This document shows positions 18,198-27,146 of a stretch of DNA of 64,000 nt, piece by piece. The position numbers were made by a program, and so were the translations under genes. The first letter of the stretch is position 1. Every line of letters begins with the position of its first letter. The stretch comes from Alphaproteobacteria bacterium. GTDB lineage: Bacteria > Desulfobacterota > Binatia > UBA12015. Location of the stretch: contig JAFMJW010000001.1 of assembly GCA_017853315.1 (NCBI GenBank), forward strand, positions 960 to 64,959, in the 5' to 3' direction. The notes under the pieces were generated by a model that was given only the letters and a program-made list of their open reading frames with translations, had not been told where the DNA came from and made no database searches.

Positions 18198-19123
18198 ACC
18201 TGCTGCTGGGCGCCCTCACGCTGGGCTTCATCCTCTCGCTGGTCGGGCTCGGCGTGTGGGTCTCGTTCCGCATCTTCAAGGTGGCGGACATCACGGTCGA
18301 CGGCTCGCTCACCTTCGGCGCCGCAATCACGGCCGCGCTGGTGGTCGTCCACGGCGTGAACCCGCTCGCCGCGACGCTCGCGGGGATGCTCGGGGGCATG
18401 CTCGCCGGCACGGTGACCGGGCTCCTGCAGACGCGCTTCCGGATCGACCCCCTGCTGTCGGGCATCCTCGTCATGACCGCGCTCTACTCGGTGAACCTGC
18501 GCGTCATGGGCCGCAGCAACGTGCCCTTCCTGGGCAAGCCGAGCCTGCAGACCTGGTGCGAGGAACTCGGCCGCTCCCTGCTGGGGGCACCGACGGTGGA
18601 CCTGTTCGGCTGGCCGGTCGCCGCGGGGGACCTCGCGGTGGTGATCCTCGCGGGACTCGCGGCCCTGCTCGTCGGCGCGGTCCTGTGGTGGTTCTTCCGC
18701 ACCGACCTCGGTACGGCGATGCGCGCCTCGGGCGACAACGCCCAGATGATCCGCGCGCTCGGCGCCGACGTCGAGCGCTACCGCATCCTCGGGCTCGCGC
18801 TCTCGAACGGCCTGGTCGCGCTCGGCGGCTCGCTGCTCGCGCAGTACCAGGGCTTCGCCGACGCGCAGATGGGCATCGGCATGGTCGTCTGGGGGCTCGC
18901 GTCGGTCATCATCGGCGAGGCGCTGACCGGGGCGCCGAGCCTCGGCTTCTCGATCGTCGGCACCGTCATGGGCTCGGTCTTCTTCCGCGAGCTGGTCGCG
19001 ATCGCGCTCGGCTTCGGGCTGAACCCGAACGATCTCAAGCTCGTGACCGCGGCCTTCGTGTTCGCGGCGCTGGTGCTGCCGTCGCTGCTGGGACGCGGTC
19101 GCGTGCAGGAGGTTCGCCCGTGA
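18194..19123 (+). CDS. ABC transporter permease (COG4120 / branched-chain-type fold)
   Basis: GTG at 18194 overlaps the upstream stop (GTGA). About 8 TM helices. Confidence 0.75.
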   Translation: MNLLLGALTLGFILSLVGLGVWVSFRIFKVADITVDGSLTFGAAITAALVVVHGVNPLAATLAGMLGGMLAGTVTGLLQTRFRIDPLLSGILVMTALYSVNLRVMGRSNVPFLGKPSLQTWCEELGRSLLGAPTVDLFGWPVAAGDLAVVILAGLAALLVGAVLWWFFRTDLGTAMRASGDNAQMIRALGADVERYRILGLALSNGLVALGGSLLAQYQGFADAQMGIGMVVWGLASVIIGEALTGAPSLGFSIVGTVMGSVFFRELVAIALGFGLNPNDLKLVTAAFVFAALVLPSLLGRGRVQEVRP

Positions 19124-19980
19124 GCGCGAGCGCCGAGGCCGCGCCGGCCGGGGCCGCCGCCGACGCGATGGTCCGCGTCCGCGGCGCCCGCAAGACCTTC
19201 AACGTCGGTACCCCCGAGGAAGTCCGCCCGATGCAGGGGATCGACCTCGACATCCCCGCGGGGCAGTTCGTGATCGTGCTCGGCGGCAACGGCTCGGGGA
19301 AGTCGACCCTGCTGAACGGGCTCGCCGGGACCTTCCGACTCGACGAGGGCACGATCGAGATCGACGGGCGCGACGTGACCCGCTGGCCGGAGCACCGGCG
19401 CGCGGCGCTGGTCGGCCGCGTCTTCCAGAACCCGTTCAGCGGCACGGCGCCGATGATGACGATCGCCGAGAACTTCTCGCTCGCGGCGAAGCGCGGCCGG
19501 TCGCGCGGGCTCGGCTGGGCGCTCAGCTCCTCGTTCCGCGACGAGCTGCGCGACCGCGTCCGCGGTCTCCGGATGGGCCTCGAGGACCGGATCGACACGG
19601 CGATCGGCGCGCTCTCGGGCGGCCAGCGCCAGGCCCTCACCCTGCTCATGGCGACCTGGATCGAGCCCCGGCTCCTCCTGCTCGACGAGCACACCGCCGC
19701 GCTCGACCCGAAGAGCGCAGACCAGGTCATCGCGCTCACCGACGAGATCGTCTCGTCGCGCCGGCTGACCACGCTCATGGTGACCCACGCCATGCAGCAG
19801 GCGGTGAACCTCGGCGACCGGATCCTGATGATGCACCGGGGCAACGTCCTCCACGACGTGAGCGGCCCGACCAAGCGCCGCCTGCGCGTCGACGACCTGC
19901 TCGCCCGCTTCGAGGACGTGCGCCGGCGCGAGCTGCTCGACGAGGGTGCGGCGGCGCTCCTCGCGCGCGCCTACGTCTGA
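19120..19980 (+). CDS. ABC transporter ATP-binding protein
   Basis: Walker A GGNGSGKST, signature LSGGQRQ, Walker B LLLLDEHTAALD, H-loop VTHAM. GTG at 19120 overlaps the permease stop; ATG at 19168 is an alternative start. Confidence 0.8.
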   Translation: MSASAEAAPAGAAADAMVRVRGARKTFNVGTPEEVRPMQGIDLDIPAGQFVIVLGGNGSGKSTLLNGLAGTFRLDEGTIEIDGRDVTRWPEHRRAALVGRVFQNPFSGTAPMMTIAENFSLAAKRGRSRGLGWALSSSFRDELRDRVRGLRMGLEDRIDTAIGALSGGQRQALTLLMATWIEPRLLLLDEHTAALDPKSADQVIALTDEIVSSRRLTTLMVTHAMQQAVNLGDRILMMHRGNVLHDVSGPTKRRLRVDDLLARFEDVRRRELLDEGAAALLARAYV

Positions 19981-19996
19981 CCGCCCGGCGGGCGCG

Positions 19997-21187
19997 TCAG
20001 GCGATCCGCAGCACGAGCATCGAGACGTCGTCGTCGAAGTCGTGGCGCCCCTGCTCGGCGCGCACCACGTCGAGCACGCGGTGGATGTCGGCGGTCGGCG
20101 ACGTCCGCTCGCGGCCGACGATCTCGAAGAACTCCTCGAGCGTCATCATCCCGCCCGCGGGCCGCGTGACCTCGTACGCGCCGTCGCTGAAGATCCAGAG
20201 CGCCGCGTCCGGCGGCACGGTCGTCCGCCCGCCCGCGTAGCGCGTGCCGGGCAGCGCGCCGATCGGCGCTCCCTGCGCGCGGAGCGGCTCGGCCGCGGCA
20301 CTCCCGGCGACGAGCAGCGCGGGCGGATGCCCTGCGCTCGACCACGACAGGCTGCGGTCGGACGGACGGAAGACGCCGTACCAGATCGTGAAGTACATGT
20401 CGTTCTGCCGATCCATCTGGAAGGCGTCGTTCAGCGCGGCGAGCACGGCGGCGGGGTCGCGGAAGTCGACGCCGGGCAGCGTCTGCGTGCCGAGCACGTT
20501 CATCGCGGAGACCGAGAGCAGGGCCGCGCCGACGCCGTGGCCGCACACGTCGAGCACGTAGGCGGCGAGGTGGTCGTCGTCGATCCAGTGATGGCCCAGC
20601 GAGTCGCCCCCCAGCGAGGTCGAGGGCACGAACTCCCAGGCCGACTCGATCGATCCGGAGAGGGGCACGGGCAGGAGCGAGCGGACGTAGTCGGCCGCCT
20701 CGCCGAGCTCGGCGGCGAGCGCCTGCTGGCTCGCGAGCAGGTCCTGGTAGGCTTCGTTGCGCTCGAGCAGGTGGATGTAGGCCTGCGAGTGGTAGCGGAT
20801 GCGCGCGACCAGCTCGATGCGGTCGGGCAGTTTCACCAGGTAGTCGTTCGCGCCGAGCGCGAAGGCCTCGGCCTTCGTCGTCGCCTCCTCCTTGCTCGAC
20901 AGCACGATGAGCGGCACCTCGCGCGTGGCCGGCGTCTCGCGGTAGCGGCGCACCAGCGTGAGCCCGTCGATGCCCGGCATGACGAGATCCTGGAGGATCA
21001 GCGTGGGCCGGAGCTCCACGGCCCGCGCGATCGCCTCGGCCGGGTCGCCGCACCAGTGCAGCTCGACGTCGGACTCGGAGGCGAGCATGCGCTTCACCGC
21101 CTCGGCGACGATCCTCTGGTCGTCGACCAGAAGGACGACGACGCGGTGCCCGGCGGCACCCGCGGGCCGGGCCGGCGCGTCGCTCAC
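19997..21187 (-). CDS. Response regulator (REC) fused to a PP2C-type Ser phosphatase (RsbU/SpoIIE-like)
   Basis: GTG at 21187 (verified) overlaps the cheB stop by 4 nt. REC: VLLVDDQ...LILQDLVMPGIDG...PLIVLSSK. PP2C: GGDSLGHHWIDDDHLAAYVLDVCGHGVGAA...IWYGVF...FSDG. Confidence 0.8.
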   Translation of the reverse strand: MSDAPARPAGAAGHRVVVLLVDDQRIVAEAVKRMLASESDVELHWCGDPAEAIARAVELRPTLILQDLVMPGIDGLTLVRRYRETPATREVPLIVLSSKEEATTKAEAFALGANDYLVKLPDRIELVARIRYHSQAYIHLLERNEAYQDLLASQQALAAELGEAADYVRSLLPVPLSGSIESAWEFVPSTSLGGDSLGHHWIDDDHLAAYVLDVCGHGVGAALLSVSAMNVLGTQTLPGVDFRDPAAVLAALNDAFQMDRQNDMYFTIWYGVFRPSDRSLSWSSAGHPPALLVAGSAAAEPLRAQGAPIGALPGTRYAGGRTTVPPDAALWIFSDGAYEVTRPAGGMMTLEEFFEIVGRERTSPTADIHRVLDVVRAEQGRHDFDDDVSMLVLRIA

Positions 21188-22224
21188 GGCGCGCCCGGGG
21201 CCGCGAGGCGGCGGCAGGCCGCGGCGGCGCGCGCGGCGATCGCGTCGACCGGCAGCACCTCGACCGCGGCGTCGAGCCGGACGGCCGCACCCGGCATTCC
21301 CCACACGACGCTGGTCCCCTCGTCCTGCGCGATCGTGTGCCAGCCCAGGCCGCGCAGGCGCGCGAGTCCTGCGGCGCCGTCGCGCCCCATGCCCGTCAGC
21401 AGCACCGCGCATCCCGGTCGCGAGGCGTGGTCCGCGGCGCTCGCGAAGAAGGCGTCGACCGAAGGGCGATAGGGAGTCTCCACGGGCTCGCGTACGTAGC
21501 GGAAACGGCCGTCGGACCCCAGCACGAGGTGATCGTTGGTCGCGGCGACCAGGACGCGGCCCGGCTCCGGGCGGTCGCCCGCCGCGATCGTCCGGACCCG
21601 CAGCGCCGACTGTCCGTCGAGCCAGTCGGCGAGGCCGTCGGCGAAGTGCTCGTCGACGTGCTGGACGATCACGACCGAGGCGGGCAGGTCGGCCGGCAGG
21701 TCGCGCAGGATGCGGGCGAGCGCTCCCGGGCCGCCGGTCGACGAGCCGATCGCGAGCAGGATCGGCCGGCTCGCCGCGGGCGAACACGGCGCAGCGGTCG
21801 TCGCCGCCGGGGCGGCCGCCACGGGCTCGCGCCCGACGAGCCGCCCGATCGTGCCGATCTTGCGGACCAACTCGTCCGCGCCGCGCACGTCGCCGTCGCG
21901 GCCGAGCACCGGGGTCGCGACCGCGTCGAGGGCGCCGTGGCTCATCGCCTCGTAGACCTTCGACAGGTTGCCCTGCACGGTCGCGGTGACGACCAGGATC
22001 GGGCACGGGTGGTCGCGCATGATGAGGCGCGTCGCCTCGACTCCGTCCATCGTCGGCATGACGAGGTCCATGAGCACGACGTCCGGCCGGTCCGACGCGC
22101 AGAGCGCGACCGCCTCGGCGCCGTCCTTCGCGACCCAGGCGACCTCGAGCCCCGGGGCGGCGACGATCGTGCGGCGCAGCGCCTCGGCGGCGATCCGCAG
22201 GTCGTTCACGATGCCGACCCTCAC
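21184..22224 (-). CDS. cheB: Chemotaxis response regulator protein-glutamate methylesterase CheB (REC + CheB_methylest)
   Basis: GTG at 22224 (verified; GTGA overlap with the cheA stop). REC DVVLMDLVMPTMDG; methylesterase LLAIGSSTGGPGAL...VIVQH...LLTGMGRDGAAGL. Confidence 0.85.
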   Translation of the reverse strand: MRVGIVNDLRIAAEALRRTIVAAPGLEVAWVAKDGAEAVALCASDRPDVVLMDLVMPTMDGVEATRLIMRDHPCPILVVTATVQGNLSKVYEAMSHGALDAVATPVLGRDGDVRGADELVRKIGTIGRLVGREPVAAAPAATTAAPCSPAASRPILLAIGSSTGGPGALARILRDLPADLPASVVIVQHVDEHFADGLADWLDGQSALRVRTIAAGDRPEPGRVLVAATNDHLVLGSDGRFRYVREPVETPYRPSVDAFFASAADHASRPGCAVLLTGMGRDGAAGLARLRGLGWHTIAQDEGTSVVWGMPGAAVRLDAAVEVLPVDAIAARAAAACRRLAAPGAP

Positions 22225-24638
22225 GGCGCCGCGGCCTCGCCGATCAGGTCGGCCACCGTGCGGGCGAGCGTCTCGTCGCGGAAGGCGGCCTTCGTGACGT
22301 AGTGGTTCGCGCCGGCCTCGAGGCCGCGCAGCCGGTCCTCCTCGCGGTCCTTGTACGAGACGATCACGACCGGGAGGTCGCGCAGGCGGGCGTCGGCCCG
22401 CACCGCGCGGACGAGTTCGATGCCGGTCATCCGCGGCATGTCGACGTCGCTCACGAGCAGGTCGTAGCTCCCGGCGCGGAGCGCGTTCCACGCCTCGAGT
22501 CCGTCGACCGCGACGTCCACCTCGTAGCCGCGCTGCTCGAGGAGCTGGCGCTCGACCTCGCGGACGGTGATCGAGTCGTCCGCGACGAGGATGCGCTTGG
22601 CCTGGCGCACGGCCCGGGGCGCGATCCGCGCGCGCATCCCGCCGCCTTCGAGGCGCGCCTCGATCGAGAGCACGAGGTCGTCGACGTCGAGCACGAGCAG
22701 CGGCGAGCCGTCGTCGAGCGTCGACGCCGCCGACACGTCGGCGACCTTGCCGAGGCGCGCGTCCAGCGGCCGGACGACGATCTCCCGCTCGCCCACGAAG
22801 CCGTCGACCTCGAGCGCGAAGCGCCGCGACCCGTCCGAGAGCACGACTGCCGCGCACTCGTCGCCGCGGGGGCGCTCGCCGCCGAGCTCGAGCAGGTCGC
22901 GGGCGACCACGAGCCCGACGGCCTCCCCGTCGACCGGCACGACCGCGTGCCCCTCCGAGGTGCCGACGGAGTCGGCGGGCACCCGCAGCGCGCGGTCGAT
23001 CCGCGCGAGCGGGACCGCGAAGGGCTCGCCCGCGACCTCGACCAGCAGCACCCGCAGCACCGAGCGGGTGACCGGCAGCTGGAGCTCGAAGACCGTGCCC
23101 TCCCCCGGTCGCGTGCGAACGCGCGCCGTCCCGCCCATCTGCTGCATCATCGCGAGCACGGCGTCGAGGCCGACGCCGCGGCCCGACACGTCGGTCACCT
23201 TCTCGGCGGTCGAGAAGCCGGGCAGGAAGAGGAACTCGAGCAGCTCGCTCTCCCGCAGCCGCGAGGCGACCTCGGCGGTCGCGAGCCCGCGCTCGACGAT
23301 CGTCGTGCGCAGGCGCTCGGCGTCGATGCCGCGGCCGTCGTCGCGCACCGTGACGGCGAGGCGCCCGGCCCGGTGCGCGGCCTCGATCGAGAGCCGTCCC
23401 TCCGCGGGCTTGCCCGCCGCGGCGCGGACCTCGGGCGGCTCGAGGCCGTGGTCGACCGCGTTGCGGACGAGGTGGCCGAGCGGCGCCTCGAGCCCCGCGA
23501 GCACGTCGCGGTCGACCGGCACGTCGCGCCCCGCGACCTCGAGGCGGACCTGCTTGCCGAGAGCGCGCGCGAGATCCCGCACTTGGCGTTGCAGTCCGGC
23601 CACGGCGTCCGAGAACGGGCGCATGCGGGTCGCGATCGCCTCGCCGTAGAGGCGCTCGGCGAGAGGCGCGCTGCGCCGGGCGATCGCGTCGATCGCCTCG
23701 GTGCGCTCCGCGAGCGCGTGGCGGCCGAGGTCGACCTCCCGAGCGAGAGCCTCGACCTGCGCCTCGACCTCCGCGAGCGGCCTCTGCGCCGCGATCGCCT
23801 CGCGCAGCCGTCCGAGCCGCGCGGCGATCCCGGTCTGGCGCCGCTGCACCTCGCGAACCGCGTCGGCCGCGGGGCCGATCGAGCGGGCTTCGACCAGTGC
23901 TTCGGCCGCGAGGCCGGCGAGGCGGCCCAGCGTCTCCGGCGAGACCTTGACCGCGCGCTCCTGCGGCTCGGCGGTGGCGCGACCTGCCGCGACCGGGGGG
24001 GACGCCGGCGCGGCTGCTCGCCCCGCGTCCGCCGAAGCCTGCGTCGGCACGGTCGTCGGGGCCGAGCCCGCCGTCGACCCGGACGCGGCCACCGCCACCG
24101 CGGAAGCGAGGGCGGGTTCGCCGCCCTGCCTCGCGGCTTCGCTGGGCGCGGCCGGTGCGACGGGTGCCGGCGACCCGGGCCGTGGCGCGTCCGCAGCCGG
24201 CGGCGGCGCGGCCGCGCCGTCTCTCGGGCGTGCCTCTCCGCGCAGCGCCGCGAGCGTGTCGCGCAGGCCCGCCTCGATCGTCGCGCGCTCGCCCGCGCAC
24301 GCGGCGAGCCACGCGTCGAGATCCTCGACCGGCACGTCGCGCAGCCGCGTGAGCCAGTCGACCACCGCGAGGAACGAGTCGAGCTGCTCCGGCTCGATGG
24401 CGTGGCCGGGGGCCGCGAGCATCGCCTCCTCGAGCAGGTGCGCGAGGCCGACGGCCTCGTCGAGTCCCACGAGACGCGCAGCGCCCTTCATCGAGTGTGC
24501 GGCGCGCATCAGCGGTTCGATTCCGGACGCGTCCTGCACGCCGCGCTCGAGGCGGAGCAGACCCTCGGCGAGCGCGCCCGCGTGTTCCTCGACCTCCGCG
24601 AGGAAGAGGTCGTAGAGCGAGGCGTCGACGCCGCTCAT
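22221..24638 (-). CDS. cheA: Chemotaxis histidine kinase CheA with a C-terminal receiver domain (HPt-dimerisation-HATPase_c-CheW-REC)
   Basis: ATG at 24638 (verified). HPt AAHSMKGAARLVG, kinase core VRNAVDHG...DDGRGID...GRGVGLD, CheW-like domain, C-terminal REC ILVADDS...LLVSDVDMPRMTG...VVIVSYK. Confidence 0.85.
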   Translation of the reverse strand: MSGVDASLYDLFLAEVEEHAGALAEGLLRLERGVQDASGIEPLMRAAHSMKGAARLVGLDEAVGLAHLLEEAMLAAPGHAIEPEQLDSFLAVVDWLTRLRDVPVEDLDAWLAACAGERATIEAGLRDTLAALRGEARPRDGAAAPPPAADAPRPGSPAPVAPAAPSEAARQGGEPALASAVAVAASGSTAGSAPTTVPTQASADAGRAAAPASPPVAAGRATAEPQERAVKVSPETLGRLAGLAAEALVEARSIGPAADAVREVQRRQTGIAARLGRLREAIAAQRPLAEVEAQVEALAREVDLGRHALAERTEAIDAIARRSAPLAERLYGEAIATRMRPFSDAVAGLQRQVRDLARALGKQVRLEVAGRDVPVDRDVLAGLEAPLGHLVRNAVDHGLEPPEVRAAAGKPAEGRLSIEAAHRAGRLAVTVRDDGRGIDAERLRTTIVERGLATAEVASRLRESELLEFLFLPGFSTAEKVTDVSGRGVGLDAVLAMMQQMGGTARVRTRPGEGTVFELQLPVTRSVLRVLLVEVAGEPFAVPLARIDRALRVPADSVGTSEGHAVVPVDGEAVGLVVARDLLELGGERPRGDECAAVVLSDGSRRFALEVDGFVGEREIVVRPLDARLGKVADVSAASTLDDGSPLLVLDVDDLVLSIEARLEGGGMRARIAPRAVRQAKRILVADDSITVREVERQLLEQRGYEVDVAVDGLEAWNALRAGSYDLLVSDVDMPRMTGIELVRAVRADARLRDLPVVIVSYKDREEDRLRGLEAGANHYVTKAAFRDETLARTVADLIGEAAAP

Positions 24639-25300
24639 CCGACCGCCTCCGCCAGGCGGGCGGCGAGCCTTCGTTCGTCGAGCAGCGACACGCGCCGGCC
24701 CTCTTCCTCGACGAGGCCCGAGCTCGCGGAGCCGCTCGCGAGCGCGACGGTCGAAGGGGCCGGGCGGACGTCGGACTCCGGCACGAGTCGCAGGCCCGCG
24801 ATCTCGTCGACGGTCAGCACCCAGCCCTGCCCGAGCAGCGAGACCACGAGCAGTCGCGACCGGAGGTCGGGAGTGCCCTCCACGGCGGGCACGTCGAGGA
24901 GCGCTCCGGGGTCGCAGCAGGGGAGCAGCGTCCCTCCCGCGTTCACGAGGCCCATGAAGGCGGCGCTGCTCCGGTGGGGCACGCGCCGCACCGGCCTCGG
25001 CTCGAGCACCTCGACCGCGAGGGCGGCCGCGAGCCCGAACCACTCCGAGCGGACCCGGAAGACGAGGAGGGCGCGCGCACCCGACGCCGCCTCCTCCGAA
25101 TCCTCGCCGAGGCGCGCGGACCATTCCTCGAGGTAGCCTCCCGGCGACGGACGATCGAGCAGCGCGCGCCCGCCCTCGGAATGCGCGGGGCAGTTCCGGC
25201 AGTGGACGAGAGCCTCGAGTTCGGGACAGCTGCGGTCGCCGTCGACGCCGATCCTCGCCCAGCAGCGCTCGCCGGCCGACGCGGGAAGCGCGCGCGTCAC
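24635..25300 (-). CDS. CheW-like coupling protein with an N-terminal Cys4 motif (C-x10-C-x8-C-x2-C)
   Basis: GTG at 25300 overlaps the cheR stop (GTGA); its stop overlaps the cheA ATG (ATGA). N-terminus ERCWARIGVDGDRSCPELEALVHCRNCP, then a CheW domain LLVFRVRSEWFGLAAALAVEVLEP. Confidence 0.6.
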   Translation of the reverse strand: MTRALPASAGERCWARIGVDGDRSCPELEALVHCRNCPAHSEGGRALLDRPSPGGYLEEWSARLGEDSEEAASGARALLVFRVRSEWFGLAAALAVEVLEPRPVRRVPHRSSAAFMGLVNAGGTLLPCCDPGALLDVPAVEGTPDLRSRLLVVSLLGQGWVLTVDEIAGLRLVPESDVRPAPSTVALASGSASSGLVEEEGRRVSLLDERRLAARLAEAVG

Positions 25301-26685
25301 GACCGCGCCTCGATCCGGGCCGCGCGCGCACGAAACCGCGCCGCGCCGGGACGGTCGCCCGCGCGCTCGGCGATCGCGGCCAGGTGCACGAGCGCCTCCT
25401 CGCAGGAGGGGTCGAGGTAGACGGCGCGCTCGAGGGCGGCACGGGCCTCGTCCTCCCGGCGCTCCGCGACCAGCAGTACTCCCTGCAGGAGATGCGCCTC
25501 GGCGGAGGTGGGCTCGTGCTCGAGGTGCGCGCGCACGAGGCGACTCGCCTCGTCGAGGCGGCCCGTGTCGGCGAGCCGTCGCGCCTCGGCGAGCGACGGC
25601 CGGGTTTCGGGGGCGACGCCGCGGTCGATCGCGACGCTGCCCGTCGCCTCGGCGCCGCCCCCTCTCGCGACCTCGCCGGACGCGACCCGCCCGCCGTCGG
25701 CGGCCTCTCCTGCCCGCGCCTCGGCCGCTTCGGGGCGAGTCGCGCTCGACCGGACCGGAGCAGCGGACGGCTCGCGCGTCGCCCGGATCGGCGGCAGGGG
25801 CTGCCTCGCCGTCGCCTGCTGCGCCCCGGTGCCCGCGCGCGCGGCCCCCCCGGCCGTCGCCCGCGCGGTCTCGCGGAACGGCTCCGCGCGCTCGTCCGCC
25901 GTGGCCGCGAACGCCCCCGGTGGCCCGAAGGGGCGAAATCCGAGCGCGAGCAGCGTCGGGACCTCGCTGTGGCCGACCACCAGCATGCCGCCGGGCGCGA
26001 GCAGCGAACGCAGTGCTGCGACCACCTGCCGTCGCGCGTCGCGACCCATGTAGACGAGCGCGTTGCGGCAGAAGATCGCGTCGAACGGCCCGTCGCCCGC
26101 GAGGACGGAGGCGTCGAGCAGGTTCAGGCATCGGAACTCGACCGACTCGCGAGCCTCCGACGGCGCCTCGACGAACTCGCCGCCGTCCTCGTCCGGCCGC
26201 CTCCGGAAGCGACGCGCGGCGGGCAGGTCCTGGTTGCCGCGGAAGGCCCGCAGCGGGTAGACGCCGCGGCGCGCGACCGCGAGCGCGCCCGGATCGAGGT
26301 CGCAGGCGAGCACCCGGAAGTCGCCCGGCGAGATCCCGCCGTCGAGCAGGGTCGCGGCGATCGACCACGGCTCCTCGCCCGTGGCGCACGGGAAGCTCAG
26401 CACCCGCAGCGGGAGGTGACGTTCGCGCGCCGACCGCGTGGCGAGCTTGCCGAGGAGCTCGTACGGGGCCCGGTCGCGGAACAGCCAGGTCTCGTGCACG
26501 AGAAGGCGCGCGAGGAAGCCGTCCGCCTCGGCCGGGTCGCTGCGCAGCCGCGCGACCAGTCCGTCCTCGTCCACGCCGAGCGCCGCGCAGCGCTCGACGA
26601 CGGCCGCGTCGAGCGCTCCCGCGCCCAGCGTGGAGGCGTCGAGGCCGGCGACCTCCGCGACGAATTCCGCCGCAGGGCGACTCAC
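25297..26685 (-). CDS. cheR: Chemotaxis protein methyltransferase CheR fused to C-terminal TPR repeats
   Basis: GTG at 26685 (verified; GTGA overlap with the cheW stop). CheR_N plus SAM-MT motifs LRVLSFPCATGEEPWSIA...IFCRNALVYM. C-terminal TPR-like LEHEPTSAEAHLLQGVLL...AVYLDPSCEEALVHLA. Confidence 0.8.
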   Translation of the reverse strand: MSRPAAEFVAEVAGLDASTLGAGALDAAVVERCAALGVDEDGLVARLRSDPAEADGFLARLLVHETWLFRDRAPYELLGKLATRSARERHLPLRVLSFPCATGEEPWSIAATLLDGGISPGDFRVLACDLDPGALAVARRGVYPLRAFRGNQDLPAARRFRRRPDEDGGEFVEAPSEARESVEFRCLNLLDASVLAGDGPFDAIFCRNALVYMGRDARRQVVAALRSLLAPGGMLVVGHSEVPTLLALGFRPFGPPGAFAATADERAEPFRETARATAGGAARAGTGAQQATARQPLPPIRATREPSAAPVRSSATRPEAAEARAGEAADGGRVASGEVARGGGAEATGSVAIDRGVAPETRPSLAEARRLADTGRLDEASRLVRAHLEHEPTSAEAHLLQGVLLVAERREDEARAALERAVYLDPSCEEALVHLAAIAERAGDRPGAARFRARAARIEARS

Positions 26686-27131
26686 GCCCCTGCTCCCGCG
26701 GCCGCCCGCAACAGCTCTTCGATCTCGGGAGGCAGAAGCCCCTCGGGCCGCACGAGCTGGACGAGGTCCTCTCCCTCGGAGCCGATCGAGCCGAGCCAGC
26801 GCGCGTCGGGCGAGTCGATCGGCGGCTTCGAGAGCCGCGCCGGGTCGACCTCGATCGTGTCGACGACCCGCTCGGCGCGCAGTCCCACCGGGCCCTGCGC
26901 CCGGCGCAGCACCAGGATGCGGGTGCCGAGCGCCTCGCGGCACGGCGCGCCGCCGGCCAGCGTGCCGAGGTCGAGCACCGGCACGAGCCGGCCGTGGAGG
27001 CGCAGGATTCCCGCGACGGCAGGCGGAGCGGCCGGCACCGGTCGCAGTGCGACCGACGGGACGACCGTCTCGACGTCCCGCGCGTCGAACCCCCAGAGCG
27101 AATCCCCGACCCGGCAGCAGACGACCAGCAC
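26682..27131 (-). CDS. cheW: Chemotaxis coupling protein CheW
   Basis: 149 aa single CheW domain (ILRLHGRLVPVLDLGTL...). Non-ATG (GTG-type) start at 27131. Confidence 0.75.
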   Translation of the reverse strand: MLVVCCRVGDSLWGFDARDVETVVPSVALRPVPAAPPAVAGILRLHGRLVPVLDLGTLAGGAPCREALGTRILVLRRAQGPVGLRAERVVDTIEVDPARLSKPPIDSPDARWLGSIGSEGEDLVQLVRPEGLLPPEIEELLRAAAGAGA

Positions 27132-27146
27132 GTCCCACCGCCTGGG

